Assembly: GCF_006345805.1 (NCBI RefSeq) | Contig: NC_043009.1 | Coordinates: 21,638,001-21,702,000, forward strand | Source of the DNA: Octopus sinensis | Taxonomy: Eukaryota | Reading direction: 5' to 3' | Length of the DNA: 64,000 bases | Shown: positions 13,478 through 26,528 of the stretch, piece by piece | How the letters are laid out: each line of letters begins with the position of its first letter | How positions within the stretch are numbered: position 1 is the first letter of the stretch | The notes under the pieces: generated by a model | Databases searched by the model: none | What the model was told of the DNA's origin: nothing | Seen by the model: only the letters and a program-made list of their open reading frames with translations | Program-made: the position numbers and the translations under genes

Positions 13478-14047
13478 CTAAAAATAAGATAGATATATAT
13501 AGAAAGAAAAAAAAAAAGGTCGGCAATGCCTGTGCAGAGTTTTAGGTCCAAAAATGCTTGCACAACACCTCATAGACCCCCTCTACTCTATTGACATTAT
13601 CCAGAGACAAGCCGGAGCAAGATGTCTGGTGCCAATGTGAGTCGCAGGCTCAGGGATGTGGGAGCGCCGTGATCTCTAGCACAAACCAAAGATCCCCAAA
13701 ATGTTCAATGCCATTCCCTGCATATCTGGTTTTATATCAGAGTGACCTTCTCCTAGAGACGTGCTTTAACAAAAGCTGACGGGCGCCTCACTCCCAGTGG
13801 TCTTTCAGCACGCCGGACACCACCCCGGAATTTCTACGTACCCGTGCTAACATTTATTGGATGGCCGTTGACTCTCAAGAGGTCCTCCACCCTTTGACGG
13901 GTTTTGTTTTTCATCCCGCAGGGTGTCCAACAAACACCCTCCTCACCAAGCAAGCTTGGTGGGGTTGCCGGTTTAGTCGCCGACGACCCGACCATGCAAC
14001 AGGTTGTACTGGGTTACATGTTACCTGTAGCACTCGAAGGTGACCAT
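9798..14047 (-). mobile_element. Near-full-length RTE-clade (BovB-like) LINE, inactivated; lies in CCDC22 intron 6
   Basis: ORF 11246-13300 has APE endonuclease (WNVRTLLD..RPERRTALVARELNRYKIDIAALSETR; ISAYAPT; LGDFNARVG; WTDHSLV) and the RT N-half (YRGIALL; QCGFRSGRGT). Downstream RT pieces: GVKQSDILAPTLF, FVYLGSTLS. 5' UTR at ~13300-14047 is interrupted by a microsatellite. Confidence 0.92.
11065..11240. repeat. 88-bp tandem duplication inside the RT domain, causing a frameshift
   Basis: ttaattatagatacaaagtgatccggac...caaaggccttag begins at both 11065 and 11153. Confidence 0.9.
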
Positions 14048-14580
<533 letters not shown>

Positions 14581-14582
14581 GT

Positions 14583-14888
14583 GAAGGCACATGGCTCAGT
14601 GGTTAGAGTGTCAAGCTTACGATCGTGAGGTTGTGAGCTCGAATCCCAGACCGGGCTGCCTGTTGTGTTCTTGAGCAAGACACTTTATTTCACGTTGCTC
14701 CAGTTCACTTAGCTGTAGAAATGAGTTGCGACGTCACAGGTGGATAACACGGGTGGCATGGAGAGGCGAGGCCAGTATGCATGGGCAACCGCTGGTCTTC
14801 CATAAACAACCTTGCCCGGACTTGTGCCTGGGAGGGTAACTTTCTAGGTGCAATCCCATGGTCTGTGTCATGACCGAAGGGGTCTCAG
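14583..14888 (+). mobile_element. Third tRNA-derived SINE family (related copies at ~17300-17680 and 63770-64000)
   Basis: Head ggctcagtggttagag...gagctcgaatcccag carries A- and B-box-like motifs; body gtgttcttgagcaagacactttatttc. Confidence 0.8.
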
Positions 14889-15307
14889 AATATATATATT
14901 ATCATCATCAGTTATAAAATAGCATGGTCAAATCCTTCAGTAATGTTGTTATTCTGTTTAGAATAGATATTAATGAAATGTCATAATTGTGGCTAACAAC
15001 CAGTTTGTCATAATATTACATTTAAAAATGTTTTGCAAAGTTAATATCTAAAATGGAGAAAAAGGCAAAAACTTTACAGATGTATCTACCAACTCCTTTG
15101 CTCTCAATACTCATATAAAATTCTCTGCCACCCCTCAGGAAGCAGTGCCACCCACTTTAAGGAACACTAACCAATATTCCACATAACATTTTAGTTTTGC
15201 ATATTAGATTATTGAATTTTGAAAGCTACAGATCTCAGTTTCCATTTCATAGTTTTAACTCATTAAAAAAAGGACACAAACCTTAGACAAGATGTTTAAT
15301 AATTTAC

Positions 15308-15477
15308 CTGCTCTGAAATACGTGATGTTAAAGCAGCCTTGCTTAATTCATTTTCCAGTTCCTGTTGAGCAGTTATCTCTTTTGCATTGACTTCTAGTAA
15401 AGATGCTAGCACATCGTTGTGTCTAACAGTTTGTTTAGTAACGAGAGGTAATTGATTAATATAGTAATTCTGTAATT
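15308..15477 (-). CDS. CCDC22: CCDC22 exon 6 (ELQNYYINQLPLVTKQTVRHNDVLASLLEVNAKEITAQQELENELSKAALTSRISEQ)
   Basis: ttcag| acceptor and |GTAAAT donor; similar to human PLLLPVPTQV...RVASLLEHHA; 170 nt, ends phase 0. Confidence 0.9.
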
Positions 15478-15962
15478 CTGAAATAAACAGAAACAAAAAC
15501 AATTATTACAGAGATGTACTTGTATAGCAAGTGACCTGATCTGAGATTGTGTGCTGGAACGAAAACAATTGCAGCATGGAAGGTGTTTATAAGCCATTTA
15601 AGAAACACACAAAACCGTTAGATTCACTTCAACATATAAATTTAATTTGCCAAAATATTTTCGTCACTTTGAGACCGCAACCTGTTCACTGACAAAATTC
15701 CATGCTATATAGTTGAAAAAAAAAGTGCACTTCATAACAAAAAAAATAAGGGGAAAAATACAACAAAAATTGATCATTAAAAAGGGGATAATTGGGATAA
15801 AACCAAATCAAGACAAGTAAGCAAGGAGACCTCTACATGATTGCACGGCCCTGCTAGCAAAAAAAAAAGGCAGTCAAATTTCCCTTAAAATCACACTACT
15901 ATTTAAAAAAGATTATGTACAGTTCAACTAATTTCTCTTATAATCTCAGCTCATCTGTACTA

Positions 15963-17195
15963 CAAGGGTTGGACAAAATAAAGGCAACACCTAGCATCAT
16001 AGCATCATAATTTTGAATTATCTATAAAACTGTCAAAAGTTTGTTTATTTTTATGTTTTTTGATTTATTATTAGTGTTGCTTATGTTTTACTAAAATTGC
16101 TGTTTCTTTTCAGATATCATCAGAAAAAGGTAATTAAAATTCATTAAAATGACATTAAAATACAGATCTATCAGACTTTCAAAGAGGTCAAATTGTTGGT
16201 GCTCGTATGGCAGGCGCTAGCGTAATGAAAACAGCCAAAATGTTTGGTGTATCAAGAAGTACTGTCTCGAAAGTAATGACAGCCATTGAGACAAAACTCC
16301 AGAAGAAAACTTTCAGATAGGGACCGTCGGACTCTTACATGAATTGTTAGAAAGGATCATAAAAGTACAGCTCCCAAAATTACTGAAGAGCTTCATGACC
16401 ACCTCGAGAACCCAGTTTCCACAAAAACTGTTCACCAAGAGCCACACAAAGCCGGATTTCATGGGAGGGCTGCAATCAGAAAACCACTACTTTCAAAAAC
16501 AAATGTTGCAAAGCGTTTAGAGTGGAGTAAAAACCTACAGAATTGGTTGCTTAGAGCAGTGGAAGAATGTTATTTTCTCGGGTGAGTCATCCTTTACCTT
16601 ATTTCCAACCACTGACCGAGTATACATGTGGAGACAGCCAAAAGAAGCATTTGATCCAGACTGCCTCCTTCCAACTGTTAAACATGGAGGAAGATCTGTG
16701 ATGATCTGGGCAGGTGGGGGCTTTATCTTGGAAATCCGCCGGCCCAATAGTTTCCCTTCATGGCAGAATTAATAGTCAAGATTATTTAAGCCTTTTATCT
16801 GATCAAATTCATCCTATGGTTACGGAACTGTTTCCGGAGGGAAATGCAATCTTTCAGGATGATAATGTACCAATTCACACAGCTAAAGTTCTTATTGAAT
16901 GGCACGAGGAACATTCTAATGAAGTTGAACAACTTATCTGGCCACCACAGTCCCCAGATCTCAATATTATTGAACATTTATGGTGCATTTTAGAAAAACA
17001 AGCAAGGAGTTGATATCCTCCACCATCATCACTACAAGAACTAGAGACTGTTTTAGCTGAAGAAGGAACAAAAATTCCTTCGGAAACAATTGAAACTTTG
17101 TACGAGTCCATTTCTCATAGAATTCAAGCTGTAACCATATTAAAATAAATTTGTTTGAAATTTTAAGGTGTCTCCATTATTTTGTCCAACCCCTG
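15963..17195 (+). mobile_element. Tc1-like DNA transposon with degraded transposase and DD36E spacing
   Basis: TA TSDs at 15961-62 and 17196-97; ~30-bp TIRs caagggttggacaaaataaaggcaacacc / ggtgtctccattattttgtccaacccctg; HTH N-terminus DLSDFQRGQIVGARMAG; FQDDNVPIH...SPDLNIIEHLW. Confidence 0.92.
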
Positions 17196-17212
17196 TATGC
17201 CATTCATGCACA

Positions 17213-17260
<48 letters not shown>

Positions 17261-18228
17261 GATTAATAAGTCATTAATAACAACATACACATACTGATGA
17301 AAGGTGGAGGTGCAATGGTCCAGTGGTTAGGGCAGCACACTCACAGTCATAGGATTGCGATTTCGATTCCCAGACCGGGTGTTGTGAGTGTTTATTGAGC
17401 GAAAACACCTAAATCTCCATGAGGCTCCAATAGGGGATGGTGGCAAACCCTGCTGTATTCTTTCACCACAATTTCTCTCACTCTTTTTTCCTGTTTCTGT
17501 TCTACCTGTATTTCAAAGGTCCAGCCTTGTCACACTCTGTGTCACGCTGAATCTCCCCCGAGAACTATGTTAAGGGTACACGTATCTGTGGAGTGCTCAG
17601 CCACTTGCATGTTAATTTCACGAGCAGGCTGTTCCATTGATTGGATCAACTGGAACCCTCATCATCATAACCAACAGATGGAAAGATACAATGCTGGTGA
17701 CAGAGACAAATTCATTATGTAAAGGGGTTGACCTGAAGTTTTGCCTATCTCAAAGTTTATTCTGTGTAAATAAGTCTCAAGACCCTTAAAACTTGAAGTC
17801 ATAGCCAACCCCTACAATAGTATACCATCTCCTCTACCAGTGCCCACAAGTACTCATTATTTTATTCAATAACCCCAACATTGATTTTGGTTATTTTATG
17901 AAAGACTTACATTTTTCTAAAGGAAATATATTTGCTATCTTTCAACATCATCATTTAACACCCATCTTCCATGCTGGCATGGGTTGGATGGTTTGACAGA
18001 AGCTGGCAAGTCAACAGACAGCACCATGCTCTGCTGTCTGTTTTGACATGGTTTTGATGGTTGGATGCCCTTCCTACTGCCAACTACTTTACAGAGTGGA
18101 CTGAGTGCTTTTCATGTGGCCCCAGCACTAGAGAGGTCTGTTTCCACGGCTGGGTGCCCTTCCTAATGCTAACCATTTTACAGAGCAGACTGGATGCTTT
18201 TTATCTTTAATTTTAAGTAAATATTTAC

Positions 18229-18313
18229 CTTTGGGGATCTTCTTGGGTAAGTCACTGGTACCAATTGGCCACTTTATTGGATAAGCACAGAAACCAGAAA
18301 TATCAGCAGCTCC
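18229..18313 (-). CDS. CCDC22: CCDC22 exon 5 (GAADISGFCAYPIKWPIGTSDLPKKIPK-E)
   Basis: ttttag| acceptor and |GTAAAT donor; 85 nt; links phase 0 to phase 1 exactly as exons 4 and 6 need; sequence is poorly conserved. Confidence 0.75.
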
Positions 18314-19707
18314 CTAAAAATATGCAAACAAAACATGAATTATGATTTTGTTATAATTAATCATGTAGGAGATGTTATTTATCTTCTACTGAGAGACATC
18401 ATCATCACCATCATTATTTAACAACACTTTTCTATGATTGCATGGGTCAGATGGAATTTGTTGAAGCAGATTTTCTACAACCAGGTGCTCTTCTTTGCCC
18501 CAACTGTCATCTGTTTCCATGTTTTTCATGAAAGACTAGAAATGAACAATATTATTTGTGTTTGTGATATTTGTTTATAACCATCACACGATAACACACA
18601 CACATAAAAATTCATATGTGTATGTGCATGTATGTAGGCACAGGCTTGGCTGTGTGGTAAGAAGTTTGCTTCCCAGCCACATGGCTCTGGGTTCAGTCCC
18701 ATTGCATGGCACCAAGGGCAAGTGTCCTCTACTATAGCCCCAGACTGACCAAAGCAGATGGAAACAGAAAGAAGTCCATTGTGTGTTTGCGTGTCTTTGT
18801 ATTTGCCCAGCACCACCACTTGGCAACTAGTATTGGTTTGTTTACACCCCTGTAACTTAGCAGGTGGTGAAAAGAGGTTGATAGAATAAGTGCTGGATTT
18901 TAAAATAACTACTGGGGTTGATTCATGCAGCGAAAACTGTAAAAACTATGTCACAACAGACAATGGAGCTTGGTGCAGTCAACTGGCTTGCTAGCTCCTA
19001 TCAAACCATCCAACCCATTCCAGCATGGTAAACAGATATTAAATGATGATATATAAAATATCCTTCTATAAGTTTAACTACATTCTGTAATATTACACTT
19101 AGTTTCTTTAAAAATTAGACATATTATTTACATCAAACATTTTTATTATAAAGTTTATGGTTTATATACCACAAACTATTTATAATTGCTATTAAACATT
19201 TTTTTCAAATTAATATCTAAGCCGTATTGATTATTGACTGTTAAATATAAATTTTAGTCCCCTGTGTTTAAAATTCCATACTCTCTTATTTGGTTAGTCT
19301 TTTTCCATTAAATACAACGCCACCTGATTTTTATTTCATATATGGGCATTTAAAAATAGCTCCCTTATACTAATCTATAGAGAGAATGTAACCCCTTCTA
19401 ATTTTTTATATATATCAATACCCAACTGAGACCCTTTAGTCTTGTTTTCAACAGATATGACTCTAAGAAAAATTACACATTACAAACACCATACCTATGT
19501 AATTCTAACGCCTTTTTAACTTTTTTTCCTTTCCTTAATTTTTGCAACTAACAAATACTTTTAGACAACCCAGATTCTTAAAATGAATTTACTGTCTTTC
19601 TGTATGAATCAATCGTATAGCTACATGAATAAAAATAATTTCAATCCATATTAACATCTAATCTCCTCAATTAAAAAAAAATATGTTTTATAAGTTAAAT
19701 CATATAC

Positions 19708-19746
<39 letters not shown>

Positions 19747-20546
19747 CTTTTGGTGATATGCCATGCTTGAGAAGACCCATCAAACCAAGTGAAACCGTAG
19801 TCATGGCTGATGCTGATGTCACACAACAGACACATGCTGGTGGAACACACACACAGCACCCTTCGAACATTGGACCTCATGGAGGTGATAAGTGACTGAG
19901 ACCTTTGGCAATATGCAGTGCTTGAGAAGACTTGTCAAGCCAAGTGAAATCGTAGTTGTGGCTGATGCCAGTGTCACATAACTGGCACCCATGCCAGTGG
20001 CACGTAAAAAGTACCCATTACACTCTTGGAGTGGTTGGCGTAAGGAAGGGGTATCCAGCTGTAGAAAACATGCCAAATCAGACTGGAACTTGGTTCAGCT
20101 CTTCAGCTTACCAATTTCAGTCGAGCTGTCTAACCCATGCCAGCATGGAAAGCAGACACTAATTGATGATGATGACACACAAATATTTAGGTTAATTTGT
20201 TCAAAATGTTGCATAGGAGTAAATACTTATTTGTACCTTTAAATAATATCTAATGGAAAAATCAACTTTATATAATACAGTGAAAAAGTTGTGTTCAGTA
20301 TCAGTGAAACAATCACCTTTATGTATAGTACTTCATGAAACTGTTACCTTTATATATAGAACTAGTTAAATAGCTTCCCGCATTTAATTTTGATAATTTA
20401 CTTATTTTAGTTTTTTACTACAATACTGAATCAGAGGGAGTTATATGGTAAACAACAAATCATTAAAAGCAACAATTTACAAACTAAATACAAATAAAAA
20501 TGATCAATATCAAAGGAGCAGACTTTAAATAGAAAAGAATAATTAC

Positions 20547-20677
20547 TTGTCGCATAAGTTCATTTGGTTCACCTCTCCACTGCACACTGTTGCGGTCCAT
20601 ATATCCTGGCGTCCATGCAGACTTTAACTGCAAAGCAAGTTTAGCTGCAATGCTTCTCTGAAGAATGACAGATTTAT
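20547..20677 (-). CDS. CCDC22: CCDC22 exon 4 (DKSVILQRSIAAKLALQLKSAWTPGYMDRNSVQWRGEPNELMRQ)
   Basis: ttttag| acceptor and |GTAATT donor; similar to human DSAILLRAIGSQIRDQLALPWVP; 131 nt, and phase 0 is required by the next exon. Confidence 0.85.
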
Positions 20678-22079
20678 CTAAAAATAACAGAAAAGTTCTT
20701 TTTCAATCCAATAAATAAGAATCAATTAGGGAGTGCTTGAGAAGACCCAACAAGCCAAGTGAGACTGTAACCTATGGCCTATGCCAGGGGTATAACCAGC
20801 CTACTTATGCGTACCTTTCCTTCATTGGACACTAAACTCTGCTTGCACAGACCTATTGAGGCAAGTGAAATTGAAATCAAATTCGATGACTGGCATCTGT
20901 ACTAGTGGAACGCTAAGAGCACCATCCGAGCGTGATCATTGCCAGAGCAGCTAACTAGCTTCTGTGCCGGTGACACGTAAGAAGCACCATTTGAGTGTGA
21001 TCGTTACCAGTGTTGCCTTACTGGCACTTGTATTGGTGGCATGTGAAAAAATACTTGGGCGAGGTCATTGCCAGTGCAGCTGCACTGGCTCCTGTGCAGG
21101 TGGCACATAAAAAACACCATTTGAGTGTGGCCGTTGCCAGTACTGCCCGACTGGCCCTTGTGACGGTGGCACGTTAAAGCACCCACTACACTCTCGGAGT
21201 GGTTGGAGTTAGGTAGGGCATCCAGCTGTAGAAACTCTGCTAGATCAGATTGGAGCCTAGTGCAGCCATCTGGTTCGCCAGTCCTCAGTCAAATCGTCCA
21301 ACCCATGCCAGGATGGAAAGTGGACATTAAATGATGATGATGATACATTTACAATATCATTACTTCAATAGTGGGAAGCAAAATTTTTCTGGTATCTACT
21401 AAATCTTAGAACTGAGAATATATAGAAATTTGAGTGATTCCTGGATTAAACAATTTAAAACAATGACTATGTAATAAGGTGCAGGCCACCGAGGTCGACT
21501 TTGCTTTTCATCCTTTCGGGGTCGATAAATTAAGTACCAGTTGTATACTGGGGTCGATCTAATCGACTGGACCCCTCCCTAAAACTTTGGGTCTTGTAAC
21601 CGGCATCCATCTCAGTGGCATATAAATGCACCCGTTACACTGGTACTTAATTTATCAACCCTGAAAGGATGAAAGGCAAAGTCAACCTCAGTGGCCTGCA
21701 CCTTAAATTGTTGGAGTTATTATTTCTATATATTCTCAGTCAAGACAAGGATATACAAAAACACACATATGTATATATACATATATGTGAGAGGCTTCTT
21801 TCAGATTTGGTCAGCTCAGAGCTATAGTAGAGATACTTGCCCAAGGTGCAGCACAGTAGGACTGAACACAAAATCACATAATTAAGATAAACTTCTCAAT
21901 GTCATAGCCACATCTGCACTTAGATGCACGTGCACACATACACACACACTTATATAAAAGAGAGGGAGGAACAAAATACATACTGACAGTGTATTATGTT
22001 AAACAGTAACAAATATTGAAGGATTTTATACACAAATTTCTTTTTAAAAAAAAACACTTTGACATTTCTTAAGACTTAC

Positions 22080-22212
22080 CAAGAGTTTCATCTGTAGTAC
22101 CAACACTTTCTTTAGGAAGTTTCTCAATGAGAAAAATAAAGATTTTTCTGATATCAGTTTCATTAGAATAGAGGAATGTTTGGTATCCAATTTCTCCTTG
22201 ATATCCCAATTC
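22080..22212 (-). CDS. CCDC22: CCDC22 exon 3 (ELGYQGEIGYQTFLYSNETDIRKIFIFLIEKLPKESVGTTDETL-G)
   Basis: ttaacag| acceptor and |GTAAGT donor; similar to human DLGYPLELGYQNFLYPSEPDLRDLLLFLAERLP; 133 nt, ends phase 1. Confidence 0.95.
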
Positions 22213-22970
22213 CTGTTAAAGATTGTGGAAAATTGAAGAGTTTATTTTTATAAAATGGAAACTTTTTTATTTCAGGTTTCTTCTCCTTCAAGAAAAATAA
22301 GTAAACTTAAAATAACTATATTTTATTAAATATTTTTTTTTAATCTTTTACCATTTATTTGTTTTAATCTCCATCTCTATCTTTCTTATTTCTTTATTGC
22401 CCACAAGGGGCTAAACATAGAGGGGACAAACAAGGACAGACAAAGGGATTAAGTTGATTATTTAATTTATCGACCACTAAAGGATGAAAGGTAAAGTCAA
22501 CCTCGGTGGAATTTGAACTCAGAACGTAACATCAGACGAAATACCACTAAGCATTTCGCCTGGCATGCTAACATTTCTGCCAGCTCGCCACCTTCTCTAT
22601 CTTTCTCTCTAAGTCTCCTTCTCCCTTCTTCTCCAACTGGGATATCCTTATATCTTCTTCTACAGAAAGACATCTATCTCTAACCCTTTATTACTCTTTT
22701 AACCTTTCAACTGGCACAAAGCCACCTCCCTCAATACTACTCCCTGCTAGTCAAGGGGACTTTATCTTGTCTTGCAAGGTACTTGGTGACCCTTGCCATT
22801 GCTGGTGCCATGCAAACTACACTAAAACAGACATAGAGCTTGGCAGAGCCCTCTGGCTTGCTAGCTCTTGTCAAACCATCCGAACAATGTCAGCATGGCG
22901 AACAGACTTTAAATGATGATGATGATGATGACGACTATGGCCAGAATGGGGCACCTCAATACTTACTTTC

Positions 22971-25028
22971 TCACCCCGTATCTCTATTTATTATTATTTA
23001 TTATGTATCATTATTCTGAGCCCCCTAGTCGCCACTCTGTTTACTATTTCAGCCTCGCCTCGTTTTTGCATATTCTGTATAATTCATTAGTTATCGTTAT
23101 AGATATTTAAGATCTATCTCCCTTACAGGGCTGATCGAATTGGCCGCCGATTTCTTCGCGGGGTTCTCTTCCCCTTCTCTCCCCCTCTTTTTACATTGTC
23201 TGTCTGGACTCCTCTCTTCCTACTTCTGTCCATGGCTATGCATACTTAAGCTAGTAACCTGCCTCATTCTTGATTCCGAATTCCTTTTGCCATGTCTGTC
23301 CGTAAACGAAGTGATCCCAAGATAAGAAATCTTTGAACTTTAATTCACCCCGTATCTCTATTTATTATTATTTATTATGTATCATTATTCTGAGCCCCCT
23401 AGTCGCCACTCTGTTTACTATTTCAGCCTCGCCTCGTTTTTGCATATTCTGTATAATTCATTAGTTATCGTTATAGATATTTAAGATCTATCTCCCTTAC
23501 AGGGCTGATCGAATTGGCCGCCGATTTCTTCGCGGGGTTCTCTTCCCCTTCTCTCCCCCTCTTTTTACATTGTCTGTCTGGACTCCTCTCTTCCTACTTC
23601 TCTCCATGGCTATGCATACTTAAGCTAGTAACCTGCCTCATTCTTGATTCCGAATTCCTTTTGCCAAGTCTGTCCATAAACGAAGTGATCCCAAGATAAG
23701 AAATCTTTGAACTTTAATTCACCCCGTATCTCTATTTATTATTATTTATTATGTATCATTATTCTGAGCCCCCTAGTCGCCACTCTGTTTACTATTTCAG
23801 CCTCGCCTCGTTTTTGCATATTCTGTATAATTCATTAGTTATCGTTATAGATATTTAAGATCTATCTCCCTTACAGGGCTGATCGAATTGGCCGCCGATT
23901 CTTCGCGGGGTTCTCTTCCCCTTCTCTCCCCCTCTTTTTACATTGTCTGTCTGGACTCCTCTCTTCCTACTTCTCTCCATGGCTATGCATACTTAAGCTA
24001 GTAACCTGCCTCATTCTTGATTCTGAATTCCTTTTGCCAAGTCTGTCCGTAAACGAAGTGATCCCAAGATAAGAAATCTTTGAACTTTAATTCACCCCGT
24101 ATCTCTATTTATTATTATTTATTATGTATCATTATTCTGAGCCCCCTAGTCGCCACTCTGTTTACTATTTCGGCCTCGCCTCGTTTTTGCATATTCTGTA
24201 TAATTCATTAGTTATCGTTATAGATATTTAAGATCTATCTCCCTTACAGGGCTGATCGAATTGGCCGCCGATTTCTTCGCGGGGTTCTCTTCCCCTTCTC
24301 TCCCCCTCTTTTTACATTGTCTGTCTGGACTCCTCTCTTCCTACTTCTCTCCATGGCTATGCATACTTAAGCTAGTAACCTGCCTCATTCTTGATTCCGA
24401 ATTCCTTTTGCCAAGTCTGTCCGTAAACGAAGTGATCCCAAGATAAGAAATCTTTGAACTTTAATTCACCCCGTATCTCTATTTATTATTATTTATTATG
24501 TATCATTATTCTGAGCCCCCTAGTCGCCACTCTGTTTACTATTTCAGCCTCGCCTCGTTTTTGCATATTCTGTATAATTCATTAGTTATCGTTATAGATA
24601 TTTAAGATCTATCTCCCTTACAGGCTGATCGAATTGGCCGCCGATTTCTTCGCGGGGTTCTCTTCCCCTTCTCTCCCCCTCTTTTTACATTGTCTGTCTG
24701 GACTCCTCTCTTCCTACTTCTCTCCATGGCTATGCATACTTAAGCTAGTAACCTGCCTCATTCTTGATTCCGAATTCCTTTTGCCAAGTCTGTCCGTAAA
24801 CGAAGTGATCCCAAGATAAGAAATCTTTGAACTTTAATTCACCCCGTATCTCTATTTATTATTATTTATTATGTATCATTATTCTGAGCCCCCTAGTCGC
24901 CACTCTGTTTACTATTTCAGCCTCGCCTCGTTTTTGCATATTCTGTATAATTCATTAGTTATCGTTATAGATATTTAAGATCTATCTCCCTTACAGGGCT
25001 GATCGAATTGGCCGCCGATTCTTCGCGG
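22971..25028 (+). repeat. 5.5 near-identical copies of a 373-374-bp unit
   Basis: tcaccccgtatctc starts at 22971, 23345, 23719, 24092, 24466 and 24839. Confidence 0.95.
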
Positions 25029-25042
25029 CGCGCGCCCGCCCT

Positions 25043-25908
25043 ACCACCACCACCACCACCACCACCACCACCACCACCACCACCACCACCACCACCACCA
25101 CCACCACCACCACCACCACCACCACCACCACCACCACCACACCACCACCACCACCACCACCCCCCACCACCACCACCACCACCACCACCACCACCCACCA
25201 CCACCACCACCACCACCACCACCACCACCCCACCACCACCACCCACCACCACCACCACCACCACCACCACCACCACCACCACCACCACCACCACCACCAC
25301 CACCACCACCACCACCACCACCACCACCACCACCACCCCACCACCACCACCACCACCACCACCACCACCACCACCACCACCACCACCACCACCACCACCA
25401 CCACCACCACCACCACCACCACCACCACCCACCACCCCACCACCACCACCACCACACCACCACCACCACCACCACCACCACCACACCACCACCACCACCA
25501 CCACCACCACCACCACCACCACCACCACCACACCCACCACCACCACCACCACCACCACACCACCACCACCACCACCACCACCACCACACCACCACCACCA
25601 CCACCACACCACCACCACCACCACCACCACCACCACCACCACCACCACCACCACCACCACCACCACCACCACACCACCACCACCACCACCACCACCACAC
25701 CACCACCACCACCACCACCACCACCACCACCACCACCACCACCACCACACCACCACCACCACCACCACCACCACCACCACCACCACCACCACCACCACCA
25801 CCACCACCACCACCACCACCACCACCACCACCACCACCACCACCACCACCACCACCACCACCACCACCACCACCACCACCACCACCACCACCACCACCAC
25901 CACCACCA
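25043..25908. repeat. ~870-bp (CCA)n/(TGG)n trinucleotide array
   Basis: Directly visible, with scattered 1-nt indels. Confidence 0.95.
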
Positions 25909-25960
25909 ATACCGGATATCTCTATTTTGCTCCAACTATACCGGATGTCGTTTCTCTCCC

Positions 25961-26278
25961 ACCACCATTATAGGTGTCTACTCTTTGAACCCCCCTCTTC
26001 AATACGCTATTTCACCATGCATTACCCCTCTCTCGATATCCTACGTTCTACTTGCCTAGAACCTGTCCTCAGAACCACCCCTCCCACTGGTGCTCCGCTA
26101 TATTTCTGCACCCCCCCCACCACCATTATAGGTGTCTACTCTTTGAACCCCCCTCTTCAATACGCTATTTCACCATGCATTACCCCTCTCTCGATTTCCT
26201 ACGTTCTACTTGCCTAGAACCTGTCCTCTGAACCACCCCTCCCACTGGTGCTCCCCTATATTTCTGCACCCCCCCCCC
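25961..26278 (+). repeat. 158-bp tandem duplication
   Basis: accaccattataggtgtctac starts at 25961 and 26119. Confidence 0.9.
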
Positions 26279-26279
26279 A

Positions 26280-26528
26280 TAAAAAGCACCATCCGAACGT
26301 GGCCGATGCCAGACCCCTCTGGCACCTGTGCAGGTGGCACGTAAAAAACACCCACTACACTCGCGGAGTGGTTGGCGTTAGGAAGGGCATCCAGCTGTAG
26401 AAACACTGCCAGACTAGACTGGAGCCTGGGGCAGTCCCGAGCTCCCCAGACCCCGGTCGAAACCGTCCAACCCGTGCTAGCGCGGAAAACGGACGTTAAA
26501 CGATGATGATGATGATGATGATGATGAT
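26280..26528 (+). mobile_element. RTE 3' terminus with (GAT)n tail closing the composite at 22971-26528
   Basis: aaaaagcaccatccg...aggaagggcatccagctgtag...ggacgttaaacgatgatgat. Confidence 0.88.

Noticed and set aside
14583-14660. Possible tRNA genes (also ~17305, ~63770 and other SINE heads)
   Set aside because: They continue into SINE bodies and do not give a full cloverleaf, so they are tRNA-derived SINE heads
20573-20677. Shorter CCDC22 exon 4 ending at a GTGAAC donor
   Set aside because: It gives phase 1, which hits a stop codon in exon 5; the GTAATT donor at 20546 keeps the frame
23140-24819. Four near-identical 61-aa ORFs (MAADFFAGF...)
   Set aside because: They arise from the 374-bp tandem unit, start at TTG, are broken by an indel in one copy, and resemble no known protein
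22971-25028. CRISPR-like or telomeric array
   Set aside because: Eukaryotic context, no unique spacers, and CCA is not the TTAGGG repeat
24965-25973. 300-aa poly-V/W/G and poly-P/T/H ORFs
   Set aside because: Artefacts of the (CCA)n array
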